Assembly: GCA_963703225.1 (NCBI GenBank)
Contig: OY969801.1
Coordinates: 2,272,001 to 2,336,000, forward strand
DNA length: 64,000 nucleotides
Reading direction: 5' to 3'
DNA from: Candidatus Eiseniibacteriota bacterium
Lineage (GTDB): Bacteria > Eisenbacteria > RBG-16-71-46 > SZUA-252
The position numbers and the translations under genes are program-made. Positions 50,532 to 60,204 of this stretch are shown here, one piece after another. The notes beneath the pieces were generated by a model. It was not told the DNA's origin and ran no database searches. It saw only the letters and a program-made list of their open reading frames with translations. Within the stretch, counting starts at the first letter, position 1. Each line of letters opens with the position of its first letter.

Positions 50532-51393
50532 CTAGCTCTTAGAGTAGTCGTAGAATCCGCGTCCGGACTTTCGCCCCATATACCCCGCGAGGACCATCCT
50601 CTTGAGCAGAGGCGGCGCGGCGTACATCGGCTGCTTGAACTCCTCGAACATGATGTTGGCGATGTAGTAGGTGGTGTCAAGCCCCACAAAATCCAGAAGC
50701 GTCAGCGGTCCCATCGGATACCCACAGCCCAGTTTCATGCCGTTGTCGATATCCTCTTTCGATGCGACGCCCGATTCGTAGATGCGGACCGCGTCGAGCA
50801 AATAGGGCACGAGCAGCCGATTCACGACAAAGCCAGGCGTGTCCTTCGCCACCACGGCGGTCTTGCCGACCGTCTCGACATAGCCCTTGGCCAGGCTCGA
50901 AGGCCGCGTCGTTCGTGGGCAGAGCGCGGATGATCTCGACCAGCTTCATGAGCGGGACCGGGTTGAAGAAGTGGAGCCCCAGAACCCGCTCCGGCTTGCC
51001 GGTCGTCGCGGCGATCTCCGTGATCGAGAGTGACGAGGTGTTGCTCGCCAGGACGGCCGAGCCACCGACGATCTTGTCGAGCGCCTGGAACACCTCGCGT
51101 TTCGCCTCGATGCTCTCGACCACCGCCTCGATCACGAGCTCACAGGGGGCGAGGTCCTTGAGGTCGGTCGTCCCCTTGATGTTCCCGAGGACCTTGTCGC
51201 GGTCCTCCGCGGTCACCTTTCCCTTCGCTACCCCGTCTTCCAGGAACTTCTTGATCCGCCCCAGCCCTCGATCGAGCGTCGGCTTGTCCACCTCACGGAC
51301 CCACGTGGTGAGGCCGGCCTGCGCGCTCACCTGCGCGATGCCCGAGCCCATGAGACCGCACCCCACGACGCCCACCGTTTTCAACGCCGCCAT
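50532..51393 (-). CDS. hbd: 3-hydroxybutyryl-CoA dehydrogenase; apparent +1 insertion at ~50894
   Basis: GCGLMGSGIA, EAVVE, ASNTSS, HFFNP; then KDTPGFVVNRLL...YPMGP...GRKSGRGFY in the next frame. Confidence 0.9.
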
Positions 51394-51408
51394 GGCCAAC
51401 CTTCCTCC

Positions 51409-52590
51409 CTAGTTTCGGCTGAGTTCCAATGCGATCCCAAGACCGCCGCTCACACAAAGGGTGGCGAGGCCCAACGCCGCGTCTCGCCGCCCCATTTCGT
51501 GGAGCAGCGTGGTCACGATGCGCGCGCCGGTGGCCCCGATCGGATGTCCCAACGCGATCGCGCCGCCGTTCACGTTGAGCCGGGCTCGGTCGATACGGAG
51601 ATCCCGGTCGCAGGCGAGAACTTGCGCCGCGAACGCCTCGTTCAGCTCGATGAGATCGTAGGCGTCGAGCTTCCGTCCGGTTCGCTCCAGAAGCTCCCGG
51701 GTCGCGGGAACCGGGCCGATTCCCATGATCGAGGGGTCAACCCCCAGGACCACGCTCTCCCCGATCCAGGCCTGCGGCTTGAGCCCCCGCGTTCGCACTT
51801 CCGACTCCGCCACGAGCAGGAGCGACGACGCGCCGTCCGTGATCCCCGAGGAGTTCCCCGCGTGGACCGTGCCGCCCTCCCGGAAGACCGGCGGGAGCTT
51901 CTGGATCTCCTCGAGCGTGGTTTCGGGCCTCGGATGCTCGTCCTGCTCGACCACCCGCGTCTCCCCCTTTCGACCGGGGACCGTGACCGGAACGATCTCC
52001 GCGCGAAAGCGCCCCTCACGGACCGCGAGACCCGCGCGCCGCTGGCTCTCGAGGGCGAACTCATCCTGCTCCGTGCGCGAAATCTTGTATCGGTCGGCCA
52101 GCTTCTCGGCGGTCTCCCCCATCAGAAGCCCGCAGATCGGATCGAGGAAGCCGTCGCGATACATCGCGTCTACGAGCGGCGCGTTTCCCAATCGATAGCC
52201 TGTGCGCGCCCGATCGAGCAGGTAGGGGAGGCGGGTCATGCTTTCGGCGCCGCCCGCGAGCACGACGCGCGCGCGCCCCAGCCGGATCCGCTCCGCCCCG
52301 ATGAGGATCGCCTGGAGCCCGGACCCGCACGCCTGGTTGACCGTGAACGCGGGGCGCTCTTCCGGGATTCCCGTCTTCATGAGCACCTGGCGCGCCATGT
52401 TCGGCCCGCCCCCGGCCTGTCGCGCGTTGCCGTAGATCAGCTCGTCGACGTCGCCCGGCGCCACGCTCACGCGCGAGAGGAGCGCGCGCGAGGCGATCGC
52501 GCCGAGGTCGGCGGCGGTCAGGTCCGCGAACGAGCCGAGGAATTTTCCGATCGGCGTGCGGACCGACGCGACGATAGCCACCCGTTCCAT
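51409..52590 (-). CDS. Acetyl-CoA C-acyltransferase (thiolase)
   Basis: NQACGSG, NEAFA, GGAIALGHP, CVSGGLG. Confidence 0.93.
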   Translation of the reverse strand: MERVAIVASVRTPIGKFLGSFADLTAADLGAIASRALLSRVSVAPGDVDELIYGNARQAGGGPNMARQVLMKTGIPEERPAFTVNQACGSGLQAILIGAERIRLGRARVVLAGGAESMTRLPYLLDRARTGYRLGNAPLVDAMYRDGFLDPICGLLMGETAEKLADRYKISRTEQDEFALESQRRAGLAVREGRFRAEIVPVTVPGRKGETRVVEQDEHPRPETTLEEIQKLPPVFREGGTVHAGNSSGITDGASSLLLVAESEVRTRGLKPQAWIGESVVLGVDPSIMGIGPVPATRELLERTGRKLDAYDLIELNEAFAAQVLACDRDLRIDRARLNVNGGAIALGHPIGATGARIVTTLLHEMGRRDAALGLATLCVSGGLGIALELSRN

Positions 52591-52623
52591 GCGGATCAGA
52601 CTCTCCGGACGCGCGGCGCCGGA

Positions 52624-53406
52624 TCAGGCGCCGGTGAAGGTGGGCTTTCGCTTCTCGAGGAAGGCCTTGAGCCCTTCGCGCATATCGGAGGTCGCGGAGA
52701 GGAGGCCGAAGTAGGTCGATTCCATTTCGAGCCCGTGGGCGAGGTCGGTTTCCAGGCCGCGGATCGCGGCGTCCATGGCGCAGCGAACCGCGACCGGCCC
52801 GCGCGAGAGGATATCCGCCGCGATCTTCTCGCAGTGCGGCATGAGGTCGGCGGCCGGAAGGACGCCGTTCACGAGGCCGATTCGAAATGCTTCGGCGGCG
52901 TCGATCATCCGCGCGGTCGAGATCAGCTCGAGCGCGCGCCCCAACCCGACGAGCCGGGGTAGCCGCTGCGTCCCGCCGTAGCCGGGGATGATGCCCAGCC
53001 CCACCTCGGGAAGGCCCATCTTGGCACCCTCGGCGGCGAACCGCATGTGGCAGGCCAGCGCCAGCTCGCACCCGCCGCCGAGCGCGAAGCCGTTGATGGC
53101 CGCGATCACCGGCTTCCCCAGCGATTCGATTTCGGCCAACGCGGCCTGGCCGAGGCGTGACGAGGCTTCTCCCTGGAGCGGGGTCATCACCGCCAGCTCG
53201 TTGATGTCGGCGCCGGCGACGAACGCCTTCTCCCCCGCGCCGGTCAAGATGACGACGCCGACCGTCGGATCGTCGCGAAGCGCGGCGAAAGCCTTGTGGA
53301 GGTTTCGGACGGTCAGCTCGTTGAGCGCGTTCAAGACCTTGGGCCGATCGATCGTGACCCGGGCGATCCGGCTCCGGACTTCGATCTGGAGATTCTCTAG
53401 GCTCAT
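52624..53406 (-). CDS. crt: Enoyl-CoA hydratase (crotonase)
   Basis: RPKVLNALN, AFVAGADI, GFALGGGCELA, PEVGLGIIPGYGGTQRL. Confidence 0.9.
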   Translation of the reverse strand: MSLENLQIEVRSRIARVTIDRPKVLNALNELTVRNLHKAFAALRDDPTVGVVILTGAGEKAFVAGADINELAVMTPLQGEASSRLGQAALAEIESLGKPVIAAINGFALGGGCELALACHMRFAAEGAKMGLPEVGLGIIPGYGGTQRLPRLVGLGRALELISTARMIDAAEAFRIGLVNGVLPAADLMPHCEKIAADILSRGPVAVRCAMDAAIRGLETDLAHGLEMESTYFGLLSATSDMREGLKAFLEKRKPTFTGA

Positions 53407-53596
53407 GACGGCGCTCTCGGAATTCATTGGGATTTTGAGGGTTGAGTGGGTTTGTGCGGCGCGGGGCCCGGCCCCGCGCGGGAGAACGACAGACCGGGAG
53501 CAAATCATCCGGAGGCGCCGTCTGTCAAAGGTTTTGCGGGGGAGGCCCCCAGGTCGCCGAAACCACTCGGCCAAGAGGCGCGTACTCATCACCGCC

Positions 53597-54661
53597 ATGC
53601 GAGCCCTCTTCCACTGCCGCGCGGCCTGGGTCCTCGGCGGCGCGCTCTCCCTGGTGTCCCCGGCGGGGGCCACCGCGGCGGCCGCGCCCGACCCGACCCC
53701 GGTCGACGTCACGATCGTCACGGATGAGGCCGACGCCTGCCTCGCGATCCTCGCGCGACTCCGGGATCGTAGCGAGGCGCGCCCCGCGGACTGGGATCGC
53801 CTCCACGCGAGCGACGGATACAAGCGGCTCAAGCGCCGGGAAGCCGCCATGGGCCGCGCCTTCAACGACTCGGTCTTCGTCGCGTTTCTCCACGCCGACA
53901 CAACCCTGGCGCGCGCCACCGCCTTGAAGAAAACGGTGGCGGAGTGGAAGGGGGCGAACCTGACCCGGGCGGGTCAACTCGCGCTCTCCTACCTCCCGGC
54001 CGGGGCCCGGATCCGCGCGAAGGTCTACATCCTGATCAAACCCTGGACCAACAGCTTCGTGTTCGAGCTGCAATCCGATCCGGCCATCGTCCTCTACGTC
54101 GACCCCGACGTCACGCGGGCCAAGCTCGAGAACACGGTGGCGCACGAGCTCCACCACATCGGCTACGCCGCGGCCTGCACGGGCGACGAAGACTCCACGC
54201 TCAGCGAGGCCGCCGTGACCTGCCGCACCTGGCTCACCGCGTTCGGTGAGGGCCTCGCCATGCTCGCGGCGGCGGGGGGTCCCGAAATTCATCCCCACGC
54301 GGTGAGCACGCCTGGGGAGCGCGCGCGGTGGGACCGCGACATGGAGCATGTCGCCGCCGACCTCCGGAGCGTCGACGCCTTTCTCGAGGAGATCCTGGAC
54401 GGCCGCCTGTCGGACCCCGATTCCATCCGCGCGCGCGGGATGGAGTTTTTCGGCGTCCAGGGCGCCTGGTACACGGTGGGTTGGAAGATGGCCGTCACGA
54501 TTGAGCAGGTGGAGGGCCGGGCCGCGCTGATCGCCGTCATCTGCGATCCCGTTGAGCTGCTGCGAGCCTACAACCGCGCCGCGACTGACTCCGGATCCCC
54601 CGGCGCGCCGGCCCTCCCGCTCTGGCCCGAGACGCTCTTCCGGCGGCTCGAGCCGGGCTGA
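53597..54661 (+). CDS. Exported putative Zn-dependent protease (DUF5700-like)
   Basis: Signal peptide, AHELHHIG zincin motif, EGLA, YTVGW. Confidence 0.75.
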   Translation: MRALFHCRAAWVLGGALSLVSPAGATAAAAPDPTPVDVTIVTDEADACLAILARLRDRSEARPADWDRLHASDGYKRLKRREAAMGRAFNDSVFVAFLHADTTLARATALKKTVAEWKGANLTRAGQLALSYLPAGARIRAKVYILIKPWTNSFVFELQSDPAIVLYVDPDVTRAKLENTVAHELHHIGYAAACTGDEDSTLSEAAVTCRTWLTAFGEGLAMLAAAGGPEIHPHAVSTPGERARWDRDMEHVAADLRSVDAFLEEILDGRLSDPDSIRARGMEFFGVQGAWYTVGWKMAVTIEQVEGRAALIAVICDPVELLRAYNRAATDSGSPGAPALPLWPETLFRRLEPG

Positions 54662-54662
54662 C

Positions 54663-56717
54663 CTAGAGGGCGAAGGCCACGCCGACCGTGAACGCCCGTC
54701 CGCTCACCGGAAACCCCTTCACCTCGGAGTAATCCCGGTCCAGCGCGTTCGTGACCCGCACGTTGACGTCGAGCGGCGCCCATCGATGGAGCAGCACGAT
54801 CGCGCCGAGGTCGAGCGCGGCATAGCCGGGGTTGTCGCCGTCGAGGACTTGTCCGTCGACGTCGATGAAGTGGAATGGATCGTGGACTGAATCGACCCAA
54901 CGCCAGGCCCCGGTCAGGGTGAGATCGCGGCGCGGCTTGGCCTGGCCCGCGACGACGAATCGCCACGCCGGCCGCTTGGAGAGCGGCGCCCCCGTGGTCT
55001 CGTTGGTCGCGATCAAGTGCGCCGCGCTGCCGGAAATCTCGACCCTCGGCGTGGGCGCCACGCGAAGCGCGTACTCCTCGCCCTCGATCCTCGCTTCTCC
55101 CACGTTCTCCGGGACGAACGTGAAGTCGGGCTGAAGCACGCCCTCGATCAGATCGGTGTAGTCGGTGTGGTGGTATCCCGCCCGCGCCTCGAGTCGGTCG
55201 CCGAGCCATCGGCCGGAGACGCCCGCCTCCCAGGTTGTCGATCGCTCCGGCCTCAGGTCGGTGGAGCTGTAGCCCGGATAGTAGAGGTCGGTGAGCGAGG
55301 GCGCGGTGAACGCACGTCCGTAGCCGGCGCGGAGCTTCAATCCCGTCCGCGGAATCAGGTAGGCCAGGGCGACCCGCGGAAGGCCATTGGAGCCATATCG
55401 CGAATGATCGTCGACCCGGATCCCGGCGTCGGCCATCAGCTGGCGGCGCCATTCGACGTGGGCCTGCGCGTAGAGGGCGCGCGCGTGGATCCCCTCGTTG
55501 ACGAGCGTGGTGTCGCCGAATCCGCCGTAGTTGTATTGGTCCTGCCGGTCAACATGGTCGCCGCGATATTCGGCGCCGAGGAGCAGATGGAGGCCGTCCC
55601 CATGCGCCCAGCGCGCGCGGACCGACGCCGTGCCGCGGTTGTTTCGCAAGTCGGTGTCCTGAAAGTCGGTGTTTCCGCCGCCGTTGGCCTCGTTCTGGTT
55701 CTGAATCCGGCCGCCGAGGCCAGACACCTCACCCTCCACCTCCGCGGCGTCGCTCAGGGTGTGGGTCCAGAGCGCGCTCCCGACGATCGCGAAGTCCTCC
55801 TCCTCGTTGTTCGGATCGTGGATCTCCTTGGTGGAGCCGAAGGGAGAGAGGGTCGGGTCGGCATAGTCGAAGACAAAGTCGTAGGGCAGCTCCTTCTGAC
55901 CCTGGGTCGCGAGACCGGTCACCCGGAGCTGATCCCGCGGGCCGACGGGAAACTCCGCGTACGCGTTCCCGTTCCAACCTAGATAGGTGTCGCGCGAGCC
56001 CACGCCGTCGGACGCGAGCCGCGTGACCCCGAGGCCGAGCGGCGTGCGGCCCACCGAGCCGCGCCACTGGACGGACTGGCGTAGCGTGACATTTTCCCCG
56101 TATTCCGCGAGGGCGCGGAACCGACCGCGCTCCGGGACCGTCTCCCGCCGCGTATTCCCATCCGAGACGGGCAGGCTCAGGACTTGGATGACGCCGCCGA
56201 CAGCTCCCGAGCCGTAGAGCGAGGAGGCCGGACCGCCGAGGACCTCGACACGCTGAATCCCAGGGTCCATGAGATCGGCAAAGTCGAACGATCCGAGCCA
56301 CGGACCGTTGAGCGGGATCCCGTCAAAGAGCACCAGTGTGTGGCGGGGGTCGGCGCCGCGAAGACGAACATTGGTCAATTTCCCCAGATTTCCGGAGCGC
56401 TGGACGTCGATCGCCGGCACCTCGCGGAGGGCGTCGGAGAGGAGGAACTGTCGCTGCGTGTCCATCCGCCCGCGGCCGAGCACCGTCACGTCGAGCGGCA
56501 CCTTGTCCAAGTGGAGCGGCACCCTCTCGCCCGTCACGACCACCGGATCGAGACGGTATCGTGGCGCTTCCGTGGAATCGGCGGCCGCCGCGCCCGCGGT
56601 CGTGGGGGACTCCACGTCGGCGAGCGATGGCCCAGGCGCGAGGAAAACGAGGAGCGCGGCTGTGGAGAGTCGGAGTGCGGCGGGCAAAGCGGAGCGAACC
56701 AGGTGGCGCGGTCCCAT
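54663..56717 (-). CDS. btuB: TonB-dependent cobalamin receptor (BtuB-like)
   Basis: TonB box DPVVVT, LRG...TLVLFDG, RVEVL.GP.SSLYGS.A.GGV, LRPERS, NALD; directly downstream of a cobalamin riboswitch. Confidence 0.85.
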   Translation of the reverse strand: MGPRHLVRSALPAALRLSTAALLVFLAPGPSLADVESPTTAGAAAADSTEAPRYRLDPVVVTGERVPLHLDKVPLDVTVLGRGRMDTQRQFLLSDALREVPAIDVQRSGNLGKLTNVRLRGADPRHTLVLFDGIPLNGPWLGSFDFADLMDPGIQRVEVLGGPASSLYGSGAVGGVIQVLSLPVSDGNTRRETVPERGRFRALAEYGENVTLRQSVQWRGSVGRTPLGLGVTRLASDGVGSRDTYLGWNGNAYAEFPVGPRDQLRVTGLATQGQKELPYDFVFDYADPTLSPFGSTKEIHDPNNEEEDFAIVGSALWTHTLSDAAEVEGEVSGLGGRIQNQNEANGGGNTDFQDTDLRNNRGTASVRARWAHGDGLHLLLGAEYRGDHVDRQDQYNYGGFGDTTLVNEGIHARALYAQAHVEWRRQLMADAGIRVDDHSRYGSNGLPRVALAYLIPRTGLKLRAGYGRAFTAPSLTDLYYPGYSSTDLRPERSTTWEAGVSGRWLGDRLEARAGYHHTDYTDLIEGVLQPDFTFVPENVGEARIEGEEYALRVAPTPRVEISGSAAHLIATNETTGAPLSKRPAWRFVVAGQAKPRRDLTLTGAWRWVDSVHDPFHFIDVDGQVLDGDNPGYAALDLGAIVLLHRWAPLDVNVRVTNALDRDYSEVKGFPVSGRAFTVGVAFAL

Positions 56718-56749
56718 ATTCCTCCCTCTCGAGGGATGGGGTCAATCGG

Positions 56750-56911
56750 GAGCGCGGGCCGGTCTCCTGACTCGCGGATCATCCTCGAGCGGCGCCTTCC
56801 CGGGTTTTTCCCAGTGGCATGATGCCGCTCTCGTCACCGCTCACAGTGGCGGGGCCGTGTCGGAATTGCACCGACTTCCCGGGCCTCTTTGAAGAGGCCC
56901 TTCCCACGCTC
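56750..56911 (-). promoter_or_regulatory. Cobalamin (AdoCbl-type) riboswitch
   Basis: Minus strand GGGAA-GTCGGTGCAATTCCGAC-ACGGCCCCGCCACTGTGA...GCCACTG...GGGAAGG...GAGTCAGGAGACC (B12 box); P1 GAGCGTGGG/CCCGCGCTC. Confidence 0.93.
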
Positions 56912-56979
56912 GCCGCGGGGGATTCCCCCCGCGACGGTCGAAATGATAGCCGAGTGCGCGCCGAATGCAAGCCGCGCGG

Positions 56980-57564
56980 CTAGAACTTAACTTTGGGCGC
57001 CTCCTTCGCGGCTTCGGGGGCCTCGAAGAGCGGTGCGGAGCCGAAGTTGAAGCTCGACGCCACCAGATTCGCGGGGAATTGGCGGACGCGGACGTTGTAC
57101 GTCCGCACCGCATCGTTGTAACGCATCCGCTCCGTCGCGATCCGGTTTTCGGTGCCGGCCAATTCATCCTGGAGCCGCATGAAATTCTCGCTCGACTTGA
57201 GCTCGGGATAATTTTCCACGATGACGAGAAGCCGCGAGAGCGCGCCCGATAGCTCGTTGTTCGCATTGATCTTGTCCGGGACGGTCTGCGCGGTCCCGAT
57301 TCTGGCCCGCGCGTTCGCGATCTCGGTGAAGATCGTGGTCTCCTGCTTCGCGTACCCCCTGACCGTTTCGACGTAGTTGGGGATCAGATCGTTCCGGCGC
57401 TGAAGCTGATTCTCCACCTGGGCCCAAGCGGTCTTGTTCTGCTCCTGGAGCGAGACGAGGTCGTTGTAGGTCGTGCGGACGTAGCCCGCGACGATGAGCG
57501 CGAGGACGACGAGCGCGCCCAGGATCAAGAGCACGACGGTGAGCGGGTTGACCTTTGAGGCCAT
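56980..57564 (-). CDS. lemA: LemA family protein
   Basis: N-terminal TM, YNDLV, QLQRRNDLIPN, ENYPELKS, GTENRI, RYN, FPANL. Confidence 0.95.
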   Translation of the reverse strand: MASKVNPLTVVLLILGALVVLALIVAGYVRTTYNDLVSLQEQNKTAWAQVENQLQRRNDLIPNYVETVRGYAKQETTIFTEIANARARIGTAQTVPDKINANNELSGALSRLLVIVENYPELKSSENFMRLQDELAGTENRIATERMRYNDAVRTYNVRVRQFPANLVASSFNFGSAPLFEAPEAAKEAPKVKF

Positions 57565-57577
57565 CGAAGTACCTCCT

Positions 57578-58324
57578 TTATGGATTGTGGGGTGTGGCGT
57601 CGAGCCGCTCGGCCGCCTCGATCAGGCTCGCCAAGAGGGTCTGGGCCGATTCGAGAATTCGAGCCACCGGAACCGGCTCGCGGGAGGGCGAGGTTCGCTC
57701 GAAGAGACGGAGCAGCACGGCGGGATCGACCCCGAATCGCGCGGCGGAGCGCTCCGCGATCCCACGGCGGGTCGCCGGGATCGCTTCTCCCGCGAGGTAA
57801 AGGAGCCCGGACGCCGACGCGGCGAGCGCGGTCCCAGCACGCGCGGCCCAGTGCCGGGCCCCGGAGGGCGTGCTCGCGAGAGCGAGGTAGGTCCAGGCGA
57901 GCCCCAGGTCCTGACCGCGGAGCACCCGTTCCACTTCCCGGCGAAGCGCGCCCCGGTCGATCTCGAGACCTTGGAAGCAATCCTCCCCGTGGAGCGTCTC
58001 GTGGCGTTCCCGGATCAGGAGATACTCGAGCGGGAATACATCAAGCGAGCGTTGAAGGCCCTCTCGGGTCAAGAGGAGCGGACGCGTCACGCGCTCGCGC
58101 TGCCATTGACGGTGGACTCGCCGGAGCGCGTCGAGCTCCTTGACCCCCATCGCCGAGAATACAAACGCGACGTTCACGTCCGAGTGCGCGGGAAGGAACT
58201 CTCCCCCGGCCGCGCTCCCGTAGAGCGTCGCGCCGATGAGCCGGTCGCCAACCGCTTGGATCGCTGCCGAAACCGCTCTCCGGCCGGCCGCATTCGGATC
58301 AAACCGCCGATGCCACACGCTCAA
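57578..58324 (-). CDS. Nucleotidyltransferase-fold protein with degenerate catalytic motif
   Basis: TLYGSAAGGEF...SDVNV (GS-x-DxD with N in place of the second D), DVFPLEY, LHGED, helical C-terminal half. Confidence 0.7.
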   Translation of the reverse strand: MSVWHRRFDPNAAGRRAVSAAIQAVGDRLIGATLYGSAAGGEFLPAHSDVNVAFVFSAMGVKELDALRRVHRQWQRERVTRPLLLTREGLQRSLDVFPLEYLLIRERHETLHGEDCFQGLEIDRGALRREVERVLRGQDLGLAWTYLALASTPSGARHWAARAGTALAASASGLLYLAGEAIPATRRGIAERSAARFGVDPAVLLRLFERTSPSREPVPVARILESAQTLLASLIEAAERLDATPHNP

Positions 58325-58351
58325 CGTCGACCTCCCGATTCCATCGCGTGC

Positions 58352-59194
58352 CTAGAATCCCCCGCTCGCGCCACCACCCCCGCTGCTCCCGCCGCCAAAG
58401 CCGCCAAAACCCCCTCCGCCCCCACCGCCTCCGCCTCCGCCAAACCCGCCGAGGCCCCCGAGACCACCGCCAAAGCCGCCCCAGGGGTCAAACCAACCGC
58501 GCCGCCGCCCGCTCCCCCACCGGCCCACGCCCCCGTGGCCTTGGATCTGGCGCTCCCGCGCGATCCTCGCGGCGATGAGAACCGGAATCATGACGGCGAA
58601 GAGGAGGAGGAGAAGGGTCCCCATGCCTGAGGGCTCGTCGCCGGAATCGGCGTCCGGCGCGATCCCTCGCTCGAGCGTGACGCCCCGATCTTTCGCGATG
58701 ACGCCCGCCACCGCCTCGGCGCCTCGCAGGAGGCCGGGGCCAAAGCGGTCGGCGTGAAGGTCCGGCCCCATGATCCGCCGGATGATCGCGCCGCATTTCC
58801 CGTCCGGCAGAATTCCCTCGAGGCCATACCCCACCTCGATCCGGACGCGCCGCTCGGCCAGGCCGAGCAGGATGAGAACGCCGTCGTCCTTCCCTTTCTG
58901 GCCGATTCCCCACTGCTTGTAGAGCTCGACCGCGACCGGATCGATCGTCTCGCCGCCGAGATCCTTCACCGTGACCACGGCGAGCTCGGCGCCCGTCTTT
59001 TGCCTGAGCTCCAGGCCGAGGGCTTCGATCGAGTCGGCCGACGCGGGATCGACGATGCCCGCGAAATCGCTCAGGTACCCTTTCGGGGCGGGCCACTCGC
59101 GCGCCCCGGACGGCGGCGGCCATGCCAGGGCCGCGGCCAAGAGAAGCGCCGCGAGGATGCTAGTTCGAGCGATAGTTCGTGAACTGGAGATCAA
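58352..59194 (-). CDS. TPM domain protein (YgcG-like)
   Basis: ELAVVTV, WGIGQKGKDDGVLIL, RIEVGYGLEG.LPD, TM, Gly-rich tail ending GGGASGGF; start uncertain. Confidence 0.92.
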   Translation of the reverse strand: MISSSRTIARTSILAALLLAAALAWPPPSGAREWPAPKGYLSDFAGIVDPASADSIEALGLELRQKTGAELAVVTVKDLGGETIDPVAVELYKQWGIGQKGKDDGVLILLGLAERRVRIEVGYGLEGILPDGKCGAIIRRIMGPDLHADRFGPGLLRGAEAVAGVIAKDRGVTLERGIAPDADSGDEPSGMGTLLLLLFAVMIPVLIAARIARERQIQGHGGVGRWGSGRRRGWFDPWGGFGGGLGGLGGFGGGGGGGGGGGFGGFGGGSSGGGGASGGF

Positions 59195-59657
59195 GGCCGA
59201 AGTCCTGACCCTTCACGCGCTGGATGATCGCCTGGAGGTCGTCGCGGTTCTTCCCCGACACGCGCACCTGCGCCTCCTGGATCTGGGCCTGGACCCGAAT
59301 TCCGGTCGTCTTGATAAACTTGACGATCTCCTTGGCCTTTTCGGTGGGGATGCCCTTTCGGATCGTGACCACCTGGCGCACCGACCCCTTGGCTGCGGGC
59401 TCGATCTTCCCGTACTCCAGGGACCGAAGCGAGACGCCGCGCTTGGCGAATTTGCCGGTCAGGATGTCGATCACCGCCTTGAGCCGCGATTCGTCGTCGG
59501 AGCGGAGCGTCAACGTCTCCTTTTCGAGCGTGATGTCGCTCACGCTCCCTTTGAAGTCGAACCGCTGCCGGATCTCCTTCATCGCCTGCTGCACGGCGTT
59601 CGACACCTCCATGAAATCGACGTCCGAGACGATGTCGAACGAATTTTCAGCCGCCAT
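59160..59657 (-). CDS. yajQ: YajQ family nucleotide/c-di-GMP-binding protein
   Basis: SFDIVS, RFDFKG, VRVSGKNRDDLQ, LQFTNYR. Confidence 0.95.
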   Translation of the reverse strand: MAAENSFDIVSDVDFMEVSNAVQQAMKEIRQRFDFKGSVSDITLEKETLTLRSDDESRLKAVIDILTGKFAKRGVSLRSLEYGKIEPAAKGSVRQVVTIRKGIPTEKAKEIVKFIKTTGIRVQAQIQEAQVRVSGKNRDDLQAIIQRVKGQDFGLDLQFTNYRSN

Positions 59658-59699
59658 CCTGCCATCCCCTCCATCCGCGCGCACGCGTCCCGTGAATAA

Positions 59700-59740
59700 G
59701 GAAGGGGAAGCCAAGCGCGCTGCGCGCTCGCTTCCCCTCC
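59700..59740 (-). terminator. Long hairpin, likely terminator downstream of the small lipoprotein
   Basis: Minus strand GGAGGGGAAGCGAGCGCGC-A-GCGCGCTTGGCTTCCCCTTCC followed by TTATT. Confidence 0.6.
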
Positions 59741-59832
59741 GAATCTGCACGCTACTCTATGCGAACTGCCTCAATCCCGATGGACTCGAAGTAGCGATGG
59801 CCACGGTACTGCCGGGCCTAAGCGGTCGAATC

Positions 59833-60015
59833 TTAGTGGCCGCCCATGGCCGTCGAATCGGTCGTGGTCGCCGTTCCAGCCGTCGTATCGGGAGTCGTCG
59901 ACTGCTCCATGCCGGTGCCTTCCGTCGCGGGCTGCTCCTTCTTAGCGCAGCCGATGGCGAGGACGAGCGCGAGCGCGAACACGAACACCAGCGTAACGGT
60001 GAGAAGCTTCTTCAT
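59833..60015 (-). CDS. Small Thr-rich lipoprotein (60 aa)
   Basis: GGAGGTGA/AGGAG SD, MKK + hydrophobic core + LAIG-C lipobox, disordered T-rich mature part. Confidence 0.85.
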   Translation of the reverse strand: MKKLLTVTLVFVFALALVLAIGCAKKEQPATEGTGMEQSTTPDTTAGTATTTDSTAMGGH

Positions 60016-60204
60016 TCTCCTATCACCTCCCTTCGATAGTGATGAAGTCGAGAACGCCTGCGTGTCTCGCGGTCCCCGTTACCCAATAAAGCAAAACACC
60101 ACTGGGGGCAGCGGTGCCGGGGCGATCTGAAGCCGGATATGTAGTGAAGAGGAGTCGATCATGTCCGTCCGCCGCCGGGACCCCCAACGGCAAGAACCGG
60201 CGGC

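Noticed and set aside
57578..58324. MNT-HEPN toxin-antitoxin or CBASS/CD-NTase defence gene
   Set aside because: Catalytic carboxylates are degenerate, no adjacent HEPN toxin or Cap effector is present, and the context is housekeeping lemA/TPM.
58360..58500. Low-complexity CCG/CCC-rich tract
   Set aside because: It encodes the normal Gly-rich tail of the TPM protein.
59745..59832. Possible c-di-GMP riboswitch upstream of yajQ
   Set aside because: The GEMM core (GCAAA, GNRA tetraloop and receptor) is absent in the sense orientation; better explained as the lipoprotein 3' UTR and terminator.
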